Under the pieces are notes generated by a model. The model searched no databases. It was not told where the DNA came from and saw only the letters and a list, made by a program, of their open reading frames with translations. Shown piece by piece: positions 1 through 9,000 of a DNA stretch of 30,214 bases. The stretch's first letter is position 1; each line of letters begins with the position of its first letter. The translations under genes and the position numbers were made by a program. Origin of the DNA: Candidatus Hydrogenedentota bacterium (GTDB taxonomy: Bacteria > Hydrogenedentota > Hydrogenedentia > Hydrogenedentales > SLHB01); assembly GCA_029974275.1 (NCBI GenBank), contig JARKSN010000094.1, positions 1-30,214 of the forward strand, read 5' to 3'.

Positions 1-1921
1 CCAGCGTAATGACCGGTTTCTTGGTGTCGATGACTTTCACCGTGCGCTTTTTCTGCACGGCGGCGTTGCCGGAGGCATCGGTCACGTCGTAGGTCACGTA
101 ATACGTGCCCAACACGTACGTGTTCACGGGATTCACGACGACAATGCTGCTCGTGATGTCGCCGTCGACGTTGTCCATCGCCGTCGCGCCCGGATCAACG
201 TATGCCGCGCCCGCCTGCAACGTGATGCTCGACGACCCTATCAGCGTAATCACCGGCTTGGTCGTATCGGACGACGCGGCGACGACGTTCACCGCGCGCA
301 CGACCGGCGTCGCGGCATTGCCGGCGGCGTCGCTGACATTGTACGCCACCGTGTAGCTGCCGATTGCCGCGGTGTTCACCGTGCTGGTCACAGCGATCTG
401 AGACGTGATATCCCCATCCTTATTGTCCATCGCCGTGGCGCCCGCATCTGTATAGACCGAGTTCTGGGTCACGGTCACGGGGCTGACGCCCAGCATCGTG
501 ATCACCGGAGGCGTCGTATCGGGAGGCTCGACCACGGTCACGGTGCGCGTGACCGGCGTCGCGGCATTGCCCGCCGCATCGCTGACGTTGTACGTCAGAA
601 CCGAGGATCCGATGATGGAAGTATTGACGGATCCCGTCACGACGATTTGCGACGTGATATTGCCGTCCACGTTGTCGCTTGCCGTCGCGCCCGCGTCGAC
701 ATACGCCGTGAATTGGGTCACAAAAACAGGGTTGCTCCCCAAGAGCGTGATCACCGGGGGCGTCGTGTCGGGCGGCGCCACGACATTCACCGTGCGCGTG
801 ACTGGGACCGCCGCGTTCCCCGCCGCATCGCTAGCGTTGTATGTCACTGTATAGCTGCCGATAACGGCGGTGTTCACCGTGCTGGTCACGACGATTTGCG
901 ACGTGATATTGCCGTCCACGTTATCGCTCGCCGTGGCGCCCGCATCGACATACGCCGTGTTCTGGACCACGGAGACGGGGTTGCTGCCCAAGAGCGTGAT
1001 CACCGGAGGCGTCGTGTCGGGCGTCAGGGGGTTGTTGATCCAATCCTGGATGACCTGAAGATAGCAATTCTGCACAAGGATGTTGTATCCCGCCGGGCTC
1101 AAGTGAATGGCATCGCGATTGCTGCTGGTGCCGGCCAATGCCGACAAGGGGGTCGGCCAATCGGGAAATCCGCCGGGATAGGGGTTATAACCACTTGCGA
1201 TCGTTCCCGGGAAGGGGGCGCCCGCGGGGGTATTCTTCCACCACTGCATCAGGCCGAAGTTGGCGACATACGCCACGCGCGACGGGTTGGCTGCGGCGAT
1301 GGCCCGCAGTTCGAGCCCCATGTCCGCGAACGCAGCATTGATCTGGCCCGGATTGGGCGAACCGAGAAACTGCCAGAGCAAAAAGTCGGCGGCGTCGCCT
1401 TGAAGGACGGTGTCCCACAAATTGATATAGTCGTATCCCTGGATCAGCACGCGGATGTTAGGCCGCTGGGCCAAGCAGAAATTGATCACGGTCAGCATGT
1501 TCGCCTTGATAACGGCCTTGTGCTGGGCCCATACGGCAGGATCCATGCCGTTGGTCCAGCCTCCGTTGTCGGTGCCCCACATATCGTTGCCACTCAAGCT
1601 AATATAAACGATATCCACCGTGGGCACCCCTTGCAGGATGAGCGCCACCTTGTCCAACTGGCCAAAATTGCCCATAGGGGTGCTCCATGCAAAATTGGAG
1701 GCCCAGAGCGCCGCCGTGGTCCCTCCAATGGCGGTGTCCGCGCCTAACACCCCCACGCCAGTAACGTTCTGCATGATCTTGTTGTCCCAAATCGCCTGCG
1801 CCCAGCTATCGCCGATGATCAAGATGCGATTCACCGCGGCGAAGGCGTTGGTGGCCAACGTCAGTCCCAGTGTCAACACCAGAACGACGCAGGCCATTCG
1901 GATAAAATGATTGGCTCGCAT
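1..1921 (-). CDS. Secreted SGNH/GDSL hydrolase (esterase) followed by tandem DUF5011-type Ig-like repeats; 3' end lies beyond the left edge
   Basis: Not in the ORF track because it has no stop in the window; hand-translated from ATG 1921 (RBS AGGGAG upstream). Signal peptide MRANHFIRMACVVLVLTLGLTLATNAFA; SGNH blocks ILIIGDSW, DIVYISLSGND and DAIHLSPAGY; then repeats beginning DTTPPVITLLG in the same frame down to base 2. Confidence 0.9.
   Translation of the reverse strand, partial: MRANHFIRMACVVLVLTLGLTLATNAFAAVNRILIIGDSWAQAIWDNKIMQNVTGVGVLGADTAIGGTTAALWASNFAWSTPMGNFGQLDKVALILQGVPTVDIVYISLSGNDMWGTDNGGWTNGMDPAVWAQHKAVIKANMLTVINFCLAQRPNIRVLIQGYDYINLWDTVLQGDAADFLLWQFLGSPNPGQINAAFADMGLELRAIAAANPSRVAYVANFGLMQWWKNTPAGAPFPGTIASGYNPYPGGFPDWPTPLSALAGTSSNRDAIHLSPAGYNILVQNCYLQVIQDWINNPLTPDTTPPVITLLGSNPVSVVQNTAYVDAGATASDNVDGNITSQIVVTSTVNTAVIGSYTVTYNASDAAGNAAVPVTRTVNVVAPPDTTPPVITLLGSNPVFVTQFTAYVDAGATASDNVDGNITSQIVVTGSVNTSIIGSSVLTYNVSDAAGNAATPVTRTVTVVEPPDTTPPVITMLGVSPVTVTQNSVYTDAGATAMDNKDGDITSQIAVTSTVNTAAIGSYTVAYNVSDAAGNAATPVVRAVNVVAASSDTTKPVITLIGSSSITLQAGAAYVDPGATAMDNVDGDITSSIVVVNPVNTYVLGTYYVTYDVTDASGNAAVQKKRTVKVIDTKKPVITL
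26..1018 (-). repeat. Intragenic tandem repeat of ~80-84 aa Ig-like (DUF5011-type) domains: 4 complete units plus the start of a fifth
   Basis: D-T-x-x-P-V-I-T motif starts at 1018, 769, 520, 268 and 28 (spacing 249, 249, 252, 240 nt). Each unit has a DN(V/K)DG(N/D)IT-type motif and YxVxDAxGNAA. Confidence 0.9.
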
Positions 1922-2274
1922 GACATCTCCCTTTCTCAGTTCTTTGTTCACCACTCTACCTGCACCATGGTCTAGTCGAAAGACTAGCTGAGTGTCCCAT
2001 CCGCAACACCATTCCTTTCCCCTGTTCCGGCACGAACACGGGGACGGGAACAAAGCGCCACGCCTCGGAAATGTCACATCGCGCCGCAGGAGCATAGCCT
2101 CTAGACTTGGGATCACCCGTTCCTCATCCGTCGACATGCACTCACGAGTCCCTGCGTTCTGTATCCCAAGACGCACTCACGCGGCATTTTAGTCTTGCTA
2201 CGTTTTCATCCCGCGCTTACGGGGTGGCGCCAGCACGCCCGCACCGTTTTGGAAAACAACTTGCGCTCTTTTGT

Positions 2275-2291
2275 GTAAAGGAATCCCTTAC
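2275..2291. promoter_or_regulatory. 17-bp palindrome (candidate repressor operator) over the predicted transcription start
   Basis: GTAAAGGAATCCCTTAC: 7 of 8 arm positions are complementary; it lies immediately downstream of the -10 box of the minus-strand promoter. Confidence 0.45.
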
Positions 2292-2295
2292 CAGA

Positions 2296-2324
2296 ATTGT
2301 AAACCATGTCCTTTCCCTTGTCAA
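2296..2324 (-). promoter_or_regulatory. Sigma70-type promoter for the SGNH/Ig-repeat gene
   Basis: Minus strand reads TTGACA (2324-2319), 17 nt spacer, TACAAT (2301-2296): perfect -35, ideal spacer, 5/6 -10. Confidence 0.7.
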
Positions 2325-2485
2325 GGAAAAATTATCATCCATCACACAGAGCGCACTTGGCCGCGAGATACTTCCAAAGCGGTTTGGGGAGATCAAGACC
2401 ACCTGCGTGAGCCAATGGATCCCTTCCGGCCTGGCGATTCTGCGAAACCGGCTTCCCGTTGCGCCACGCGTGGCTCAGCGCTTGT

Positions 2486-3244
2486 TCAGGGGGATGATGA
2501 CGGCGGCGCGGCGGTCGCCTCGTCGATGCTGCCTACGCGGATATCGAGTTCTTCGCGTTTTTGGATGCGGGTGATGCGTCCGTCCGAAATCCAGATGACG
2601 CGATCGCTGGCCGCAAGCATCTTATGGTCGTGCGTGGCGGTGATGATCGTGACGCCTCGCTCTTCCTTGAGCGAGAGAAGCAATTCGATGATGAGCTGCC
2701 CCGTCTTGAGATCGAGATTTCCGGTGGGTTCGTCGGCCAGGATGATGGCGGGATCGTTGGCCAAGGCGCGAGCGATGGCGATTCGCTGTTGCTGTCCGCC
2801 TGAGAGTTCCACGGGACGGTGCGTCAAACGATCGCCAAGGCCTACCTTGTGGAGCAGTCCCGCCGCTTTCTCCCGAGCCTGATCGCTGTCAAGTCCCGCG
2901 AAAACCATCGGCAAGGAAACATTCTCCAGGGCGTTCATGACCGGAATCAGGTTGAAGGTCTGGAAGATATAGCCGATTTTTCGGCATCGCAGCCACGCCA
3001 ACTCATAGATGCCCAGTTGGGAAATGTCCACCTCGTCGATGTACACCTCGCCCGAAGTGGGTTTGTCGAGACCTCCGATCATGTTAAAGAACGTGCTTTT
3101 GCCCGACCCAGAGGGCCCCATGATGCTGACGTATTCGCCCTTGTGAATGGTCGCGGAAATGCCGCAAAGGGCATGGACCTCCTCGTTGCCCATGAGATAC
3201 GTCTTGCGCACGTCCTGCGTGTGAACAATAGCCTGTTCCGGCAT
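2486..3244 (-). CDS. ABC transporter ATP-binding protein, LolD/MacB (type VII) family
   Basis: Start reassigned to ATG 3244 (MPEQAIV, GGAGG RBS). Walker A GPSGSGKST, IGYIFQTFNLIP, signature LSGGQQQR, Walker B ILADEPTGNLD, H-loop THD. Confidence 0.93.
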   Translation of the reverse strand: MPEQAIVHTQDVRKTYLMGNEEVHALCGISATIHKGEYVSIMGPSGSGKSTFFNMIGGLDKPTSGEVYIDEVDISQLGIYELAWLRCRKIGYIFQTFNLIPVMNALENVSLPMVFAGLDSDQAREKAAGLLHKVGLGDRLTHRPVELSGGQQQRIAIARALANDPAIILADEPTGNLDLKTGQLIIELLLSLKEERGVTIITATHDHKMLAASDRVIWISDGRITRIQKREELDIRVGSIDEATAAPPSSSP

Positions 3245-3246
3245 GA

Positions 3247-3951
3247 TTACGCCTCCACGCGCATGGCATCCACCGGCTTCATTCGCGCGGCGGCCATCGC
3301 TGGGTAAACGGCCGCTGCGAGGGCAAGACACGTGCCGCCCGCAACGGCCAACGGAGCGGCCAAGCAAAAAACCTTCACAACCGTTCCCAGGGAGATCGCG
3401 GCAAAGCCCACCGTCAGCCCCATCTGCACATACGCCAACCCAAAACCAGCCGCCATTCCCGCCGCGCTGCCCATGATTCCGATAAAGGCGCTTTCCAAAA
3501 GAAATAGCCGCACGACAAAGCTGTTGAGCGCGCCCAAGCATTTCAACGTGCCGATTTCCCGGTAGCGCTCGGTCACGCTCATGAAAACGGTATTCGTCAC
3601 CCCCACAAAGCACAAAAGTCCGGACAAGACCAGAAGAAGCATCATGCGTTCGCTCTGGCGCGCTTCGCTTTGGGGATCGTTTGACGCCGCCCCAGCGTGT
3701 TCGAGCGCGGCCTGAATGCGCACGTCGTCGCTGGCGCGCAGATCGCGCAGCATGCCGTGGTGACTGAGCGTCGAGACAAAAAGGGCCACGACGACCGCGA
3801 TGCTCGCGAACACCAGCAGAAACCGGCCGCGCCGGTTCTTGACGCTACGCCAACACATCTCGACGGTGCGTCCCCACGGCAGCGAAAGCCGCCCGCGCCC
3901 CATTTCGCCAAATATCGCGCTTGGGGCCATGTCGGCTCGTGCGCGTCTCAT
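3247..3951 (-). CDS. Small FtsX/MacB-like ABC permease with almost no periplasmic domain
   Basis: AGGAGG RBS; four hydrophobic segments; SVTERYREIGTLKCLG..FLLES and YPAMAAARMKPVDAMR are FtsX-domain motifs. Confidence 0.88.
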   Translation of the reverse strand: MRRARADMAPSAIFGEMGRGRLSLPWGRTVEMCWRSVKNRRGRFLLVFASIAVVVALFVSTLSHHGMLRDLRASDDVRIQAALEHAGAASNDPQSEARQSERMMLLLVLSGLLCFVGVTNTVFMSVTERYREIGTLKCLGALNSFVVRLFLLESAFIGIMGSAAGMAAGFGLAYVQMGLTVGFAAISLGTVVKVFCLAAPLAVAGGTCLALAAAVYPAMAAARMKPVDAMRVEA

Positions 3952-3982
3952 GCGCCTGCCTCCTTGCCTCGTTCCAGCCTCC

Positions 3983-6088
3983 CTAAAACGGCAACGTTCT
4001 TGTGCATTGCGCGATCAAAGCGAGGGCGACGGCGATCATCCCGGAAAGGCCGACCCCGCATGCAAACCCCGCCGCCGCCACGGGAATATAGCGATTCCAC
4101 CGCTCCGCGCCAAACTTCCGGCTGAAATAGTAGCGGCTGGCCAAGGCCCCCAACAAGAGCGGAATGCCCGCGTGCAGGGGCTGACCAACGCCCGCCACAA
4201 GGCCATAGAAAAAAATTAGCGGCATGTTCCAATAGGCCATGCACGAGTAGATCGCGACTCCAATGGCGCCAGCTCCCGCGATGACGGCGGGGCTAATGGC
4301 TTGGAGCAACAGCGAATCGGAGGAGCTGTTGGCCGTGAAAATCAAGCAAGCTTGACGCGCCGCCACGGGCCACAACCGGGCCGCAAAGGGAAACTGATCG
4401 GAAGGTATCTGATTCAACTTCCAGAAAAACCACCAAAAGAAAAAGCTGCATACAATGACGATGGGAGTCATGAGCAGTTCGGCTTTGATCAGCGAGGTGA
4501 ATTTTGTGCGCGTCAGCTCAAGCTCCCGAAAGCGCTGCGCCACCGGCCCCATATCAAACAGAGGAATCGGCGCAAACCAGATGTCGATGCCTCGATATCC
4601 ACTCGTGATGAAAGCCGTTTCCCGGAGAAAGGGAACGGTCAGGGGCTGTCCCGTAAGCCCGATGAGCCTGGCGGAAATATACGAATTGAGGGGCGTCCAG
4701 AGAAACCCGAAAAGCACGATGATGATCCATGGAAAGCCGGGCACAAGCATCAGGGATATCGCACAGAAACCGCCAAGACCTATGATCGCCAAGGCGACGG
4801 CGACCCATAACGGCATGTCGCCTCGTTCCCGGCTCGGCCGACGCAACAAGGAGGCGTCAGCGGATCGTTCGCCCGCATCGCCGGATTCCGGCGCGGCGCG
4901 GAGAGCGCTTGAAGATCGCATACGGACGAGAAACATCCGCCCCATGCTGAACAAGCCAACCCCCGCCACGGACGCCGCCAGTCCGATGGTCACGCTCATC
5001 CAAAAATCAAAACTGAGCACCATCTGATTGACAAGCAGGCTTCTGCCCGGACTCCAGTGCTTGAAGACGCCCAAATGCAGCAAAATGGGATTCCCAAACA
5101 CACTGGTCAGCAAGATGGCCGTTACAATGCCAAGGATGAGACGGAAAGGCAGGATCATGCCGGTCATGAAAACGACGGCGTCGAAGCTTATCGAAATGAG
5201 ACTGCCCGGAAGAACCCGCTCCACGCTGCTGGTGAAGTCGATGAAGGGAATCGGCAGGAGCATGATGGGTTTACTCATGACAAGTCCCGTGGCGACCGGG
5301 ATTAAAACGTACAGCGCCCCAAAGACAATGCCGAAGGTGGCCCCCACGCTGAATACGTTCCAGCGCCACGAACGCCTGCCCGCCGCGACGCCCTTTTCAC
5401 GATCGGTCGACTCGGCAAGCGCCGTGGCGCCTTGCGCTGCGATCGCGGCAAGCGGAAACGGCAAGCGCTCGCCGTCCGAGGTGATGCGAAACATGATGTA
5501 TCCGAGTCCAAACCACGTGAAGCGACCCAGGAAATAACTGATGAGCATGATGCCCATCGGCGCGAGCGCGCCCCGCGAGGCGGACCACCACCATTGGCGA
5601 TCGAGCAAGTCGCGTCCGAGAATCGCATGCGAGTCCGCTGGCGGCGCCACCCAATCGGGTATGGAAGCGGCGATGGAGGTCGTTTGAGGCGATTGGAGAA
5701 GATACTGGTTCCAGATAGAACCAGCGACGGGGCCGCCGGCAAGAGCGAGATTGACCAATTGGACCGCGGCGATGGAGGAGGCGACATAGAACAGCACATA
5801 CACCTCCTGGCGCCGAAGGTGCGCGAAACTCCGCCGGGAGAGTTCGGCAAAGAGGATAATGGTCACCCACTCGGCGGCGGGGCCAAGCGACTGACCGGCC
5901 ACAAGCCCCAAGTACACCGACCCCGGCATCATGACCAACGCGACGAAAATCGCGCCGATGACGGTCCTCCTTGAAAAACCGTCCACATAGGGACCTTGCT
6001 CAAGCGACGGGTCCGCGAAGGCCACCGCAAAATCACGTGCGAATTGGGTCTCCTCGGTCTCGCTGCGTCTATGCGGCTTTTCGCTCAC
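3983..6088 (-). CDS. Polytopic membrane protein, OPT (oligopeptide transporter)-like, 701 aa
   Basis: Start reassigned to GTG 6088 (GTGA overlap with the upstream stop, AGGAGG RBS). Many TM helices; N-terminal FSRRTVIGAIF..YLGLVAG, central ERLPFPLAAIAA and C-terminal AAGFACG resemble OPT/YSL motifs. Confidence 0.72.
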   Translation of the reverse strand: MSEKPHRRSETEETQFARDFAVAFADPSLEQGPYVDGFSRRTVIGAIFVALVMMPGSVYLGLVAGQSLGPAAEWVTIILFAELSRRSFAHLRRQEVYVLFYVASSIAAVQLVNLALAGGPVAGSIWNQYLLQSPQTTSIAASIPDWVAPPADSHAILGRDLLDRQWWWSASRGALAPMGIMLISYFLGRFTWFGLGYIMFRITSDGERLPFPLAAIAAQGATALAESTDREKGVAAGRRSWRWNVFSVGATFGIVFGALYVLIPVATGLVMSKPIMLLPIPFIDFTSSVERVLPGSLISISFDAVVFMTGMILPFRLILGIVTAILLTSVFGNPILLHLGVFKHWSPGRSLLVNQMVLSFDFWMSVTIGLAASVAGVGLFSMGRMFLVRMRSSSALRAAPESGDAGERSADASLLRRPSRERGDMPLWVAVALAIIGLGGFCAISLMLVPGFPWIIIVLFGFLWTPLNSYISARLIGLTGQPLTVPFLRETAFITSGYRGIDIWFAPIPLFDMGPVAQRFRELELTRTKFTSLIKAELLMTPIVIVCSFFFWWFFWKLNQIPSDQFPFAARLWPVAARQACLIFTANSSSDSLLLQAISPAVIAGAGAIGVAIYSCMAYWNMPLIFFYGLVAGVGQPLHAGIPLLLGALASRYYFSRKFGAERWNRYIPVAAAGFACGVGLSGMIAVALALIAQCTRTLPF

Positions 6089-9000
6089 GACGCCTCCTCC
6101 GGATCGGCGCGCCCAAAAAGAGCCAAAGCGCGCTGACGATACTTGAGTTGCTCCTCGGGCGCCAGGATGCGCCAAAGCAATAGTTGCTTGCGGAGCGACA
6201 GCAAGAAGCGCGGCAACAGGCGACGCCAATTCTGCTGGTCTCCGCTGTTTCGCGTAGCCGTCAAATGGCATTGATACACGCCGCGATCCTCGCGGAAAAC
6301 GATCCGCAATTCGGCGTCATGGCTGATGCCCAGATCAAAGGGCGCCAGCCACGCCCGAAAATGCAGCGCCGGCGCGGCGCGTCCGGCGCAACCATCCGCC
6401 GAAACGCGCAGATCATCCACGGACAGTTGTCCCACGGAAGCCCCTTGGACGCTTTCGAGAAACTCGTGGACATATGCCTGCATGGCGAAAACAGTCGTTG
6501 GGGCCGACACAAAGGGCAAATAGAACGCGATCCGATCCGTCCCGGCCGAATCATCGGATTCGAAGCCCTCGAAGACCTTCCGGCGGCTTGGCAGGGCTGC
6601 CTGGAAGGCCAGACGGGCAGGATAGATCGCCGACGCCAACACAATGCCCATGGTCAACACGGTGACGAACACGGTGGAGCCTGCCGAATAGTTAAGGCCG
6701 ATGTGCGACAAGACACCGGTTATCTGGAGGAGCTTTGACAGGCCGTTGCCCAGCAAATAGCCCGCCGCCGCGCCCAGCGTCGCATATACAGCCGATTCGG
6801 CGAGAAACAACGAAGCCACGTGCGTGGGAGACAGCCCGACCGAGTTGTACACGAATATCTCGCGCTGGCGCTCGTACACGGATCCCAGCATTGCCCCAAG
6901 CACCATCATGAATCCGAGAAGCAGCGGCACGATCGTTTGACCCGCGCCGCTCAGGCGATTTCGGTTGAGCGAAGCATACAACGTTACATCCCGTCCGTCG
7001 CACGCCAGCAGCGTCAGATTCGAGCGGCGCACGTATGCAACCGCCTCGACATCGGGATCGAGGTCTGTCCCCGTGCGAACGGCCACGCTGCGAAGGGTAA
7101 GGCCGAGGCTGCGAATAGTTTTGAAGGGAACGATCGCCACCCGGTTTACGGGCCAATGCACATATTCCCGGATGGTTGGAACCGTCTGCTCGCCGGCTTG
7201 TTGCGCGTCGAGAAATTGCTGCTGCGCAAAATTCACCGGCGTGAGCGGCTCGCCGTCGATATCGCGCAACGCGTCGAATTTCTTTTCATCGACGATCCCG
7301 ATCAACGGCATATCCCGCCCGAACAACCGCATCGGGCGGCCCAAATCCTTCTCGCCTAGGCCAAGACTGGTCGCCACATGCCCGGGAAGGATGACGCCCG
7401 ATTCGTCGCTCTCCTCGAACCAACGCCCGGCCACAAGCGTCTGGGCCACGCCCGATATCCGCGCCTCGCTAGGCTCCATTCCCACGAGCGCCTCCGCGAC
7501 GAAAAGGGGAGGAGCTTCGCCGGGCTTGGCGGAGTCGGCGGGCGCGAGAGTGAGATCGATCTTCGAAAGCATGCCGGCGGCGTCCGAATAGTGCCAAGCC
7601 CGCCCCGCCACGACGGAATCCATGCCGGGCTTTCCATAAGCCCGCTGCAAGGATTCGTACAGGGGCGCGGGAAGGGGAGCCCATGTCCGATCCCGGCTGA
7701 GAAGACCCTTGTAAACCGGTTCGCCTTGCCTGTGGCGCAGACGCGAGATGCCAGTCTCCGGCACGATCGAGGTGAACGAGAGCAGCGTGAAGGTGACCAG
7801 CACGATGGTCAGCCCCGTGAGGAAGGCGCGTTGCGGTCGGCGGCGGATGTTGGCGATGCCAAGATCGAGGGATCGCATGGCCACGTTGCCAAGAGCTTGA
7901 ATGTCCTCGTGGGCGCCCAAGGTCGCCTGCTTGCGATCGATGAGCATGCGATCAAACTTGCTCAACACCAGCGCGCTCACGGAAACGGCAAGAGAGAGGA
8001 TGATAAAAGCGATCAACACCAGCATGGGCGTGAGGGTGAAACGAAATGCGGGATGAATGATCGCCAACAGCACGAAACTCGCGACGAAAATGCCGGTCAT
8101 GCCCCAAATCCGTCCGGATATCGTGCCTGCATTGAGAACAAGTCTTTCAAGACAATACGAGAACGGCAACAAGAGCAACAAATAGAACAGCACGCCTCGA
8201 ATCATGTTGTTGGCCATGGACAGGAGTTCGCCGTACGCCCCCGTCTCCAGGGCCCAACACCGTTCGGACGCCTGGCGATAGGCGGCGTAATCGCGGCTTT
8301 CCAGCGCGGATTCCGCCACCTCAAGATATCCGCTGGCCTCGCGATGAAGGGATTCGACGCGGGCGTTCCGGACGCCATGCCGCGCAAATTGCTGGAGGCG
8401 CTCCTCGTCGAGATGCCACATCCCGCGCGTGCTGTCGAGGGTCCACGAGGGAATCGTCTCGATCTCCTGAAGTTTGTAGCCCTTTCCGATCGGATCCTCC
8501 GGGGAATTGTTGATGAGCAACAGACGCTTCTCCTTGGCGCCAAGTCCGAGGGTCAACCGGACTCGCAGCGTCGGATCGGTCCACAGGGTGATGCAGTTTT
8601 CCTCGATATCGTCCTTGACATCATCGCTATAACTGACGCCGAATTGGAAAGGCGCGCTGTTCGTCGCCACATCGAGGATTTCGACATCTTGGAGCCCCAG
8701 AAATCCCCGCGGCTCCGTGAGTCCGTACAGGGTGATAGGCTTGCACGGAAAGACCACCGGGCTCAGGTATTGAACCGGACCGGCGATGTTGGCGCGGAAA
8801 GGCTGTTCCTGGGGGCGCGCCTGATCGATGGCAAACAAGATCGCGCCGTCTTCGGACGTTTCCGCAGGCTCGTTGCCGAGTTTTGACATGACCGCCCGGT
8901 ACTCGGCGATCGCATCCGGATTCTGCTCGAGGAAACGGCGAGTGGCCGCGCCAAAAGCATCCAGGACCACCCGGGAAAAACCGAGACCGGACGTAACGTC

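Noticed and set aside
26..1018. Possible CRISPR array or diversity-generating retroelement template/variable repeat pair
   Set aside because: Units are ~250-nt in-frame coding domains; differences are synonymous and not adenine-specific; no cas or reverse transcriptase gene is present.
647..1747. Plus-strand ORFs over the left end (105-356, 498-854, 647-1747, 870-1058)
   Set aside because: Antisense to the SGNH/Ig-repeat gene; their apparent repeats only mirror the real repeats.
1972..1987. GAAA-tetraloop hairpin suggesting a c-di-GMP-I riboswitch
   Set aside because: The GAAA loop is on the non-coding strand and the flanking GGCAAA / ACGCAAAG elements are absent.
3245..3613. N-terminal extensions in the ORF track (ABC ATPase; likewise the OPT-like protein, M28/FtsX fusion, znuB, motA and CE7 esterase)
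   Set aside because: The extensions overlap upstream genes or lack an RBS; internal starts have good Shine-Dalgarno sites or stop-start overlaps.
3948..4244. 98-aa minus-strand ORF with an ATGA overlap onto the small permease
   Set aside because: Lies almost entirely inside the OPT-like gene in another frame; the permease has its own AGGAGG RBS.
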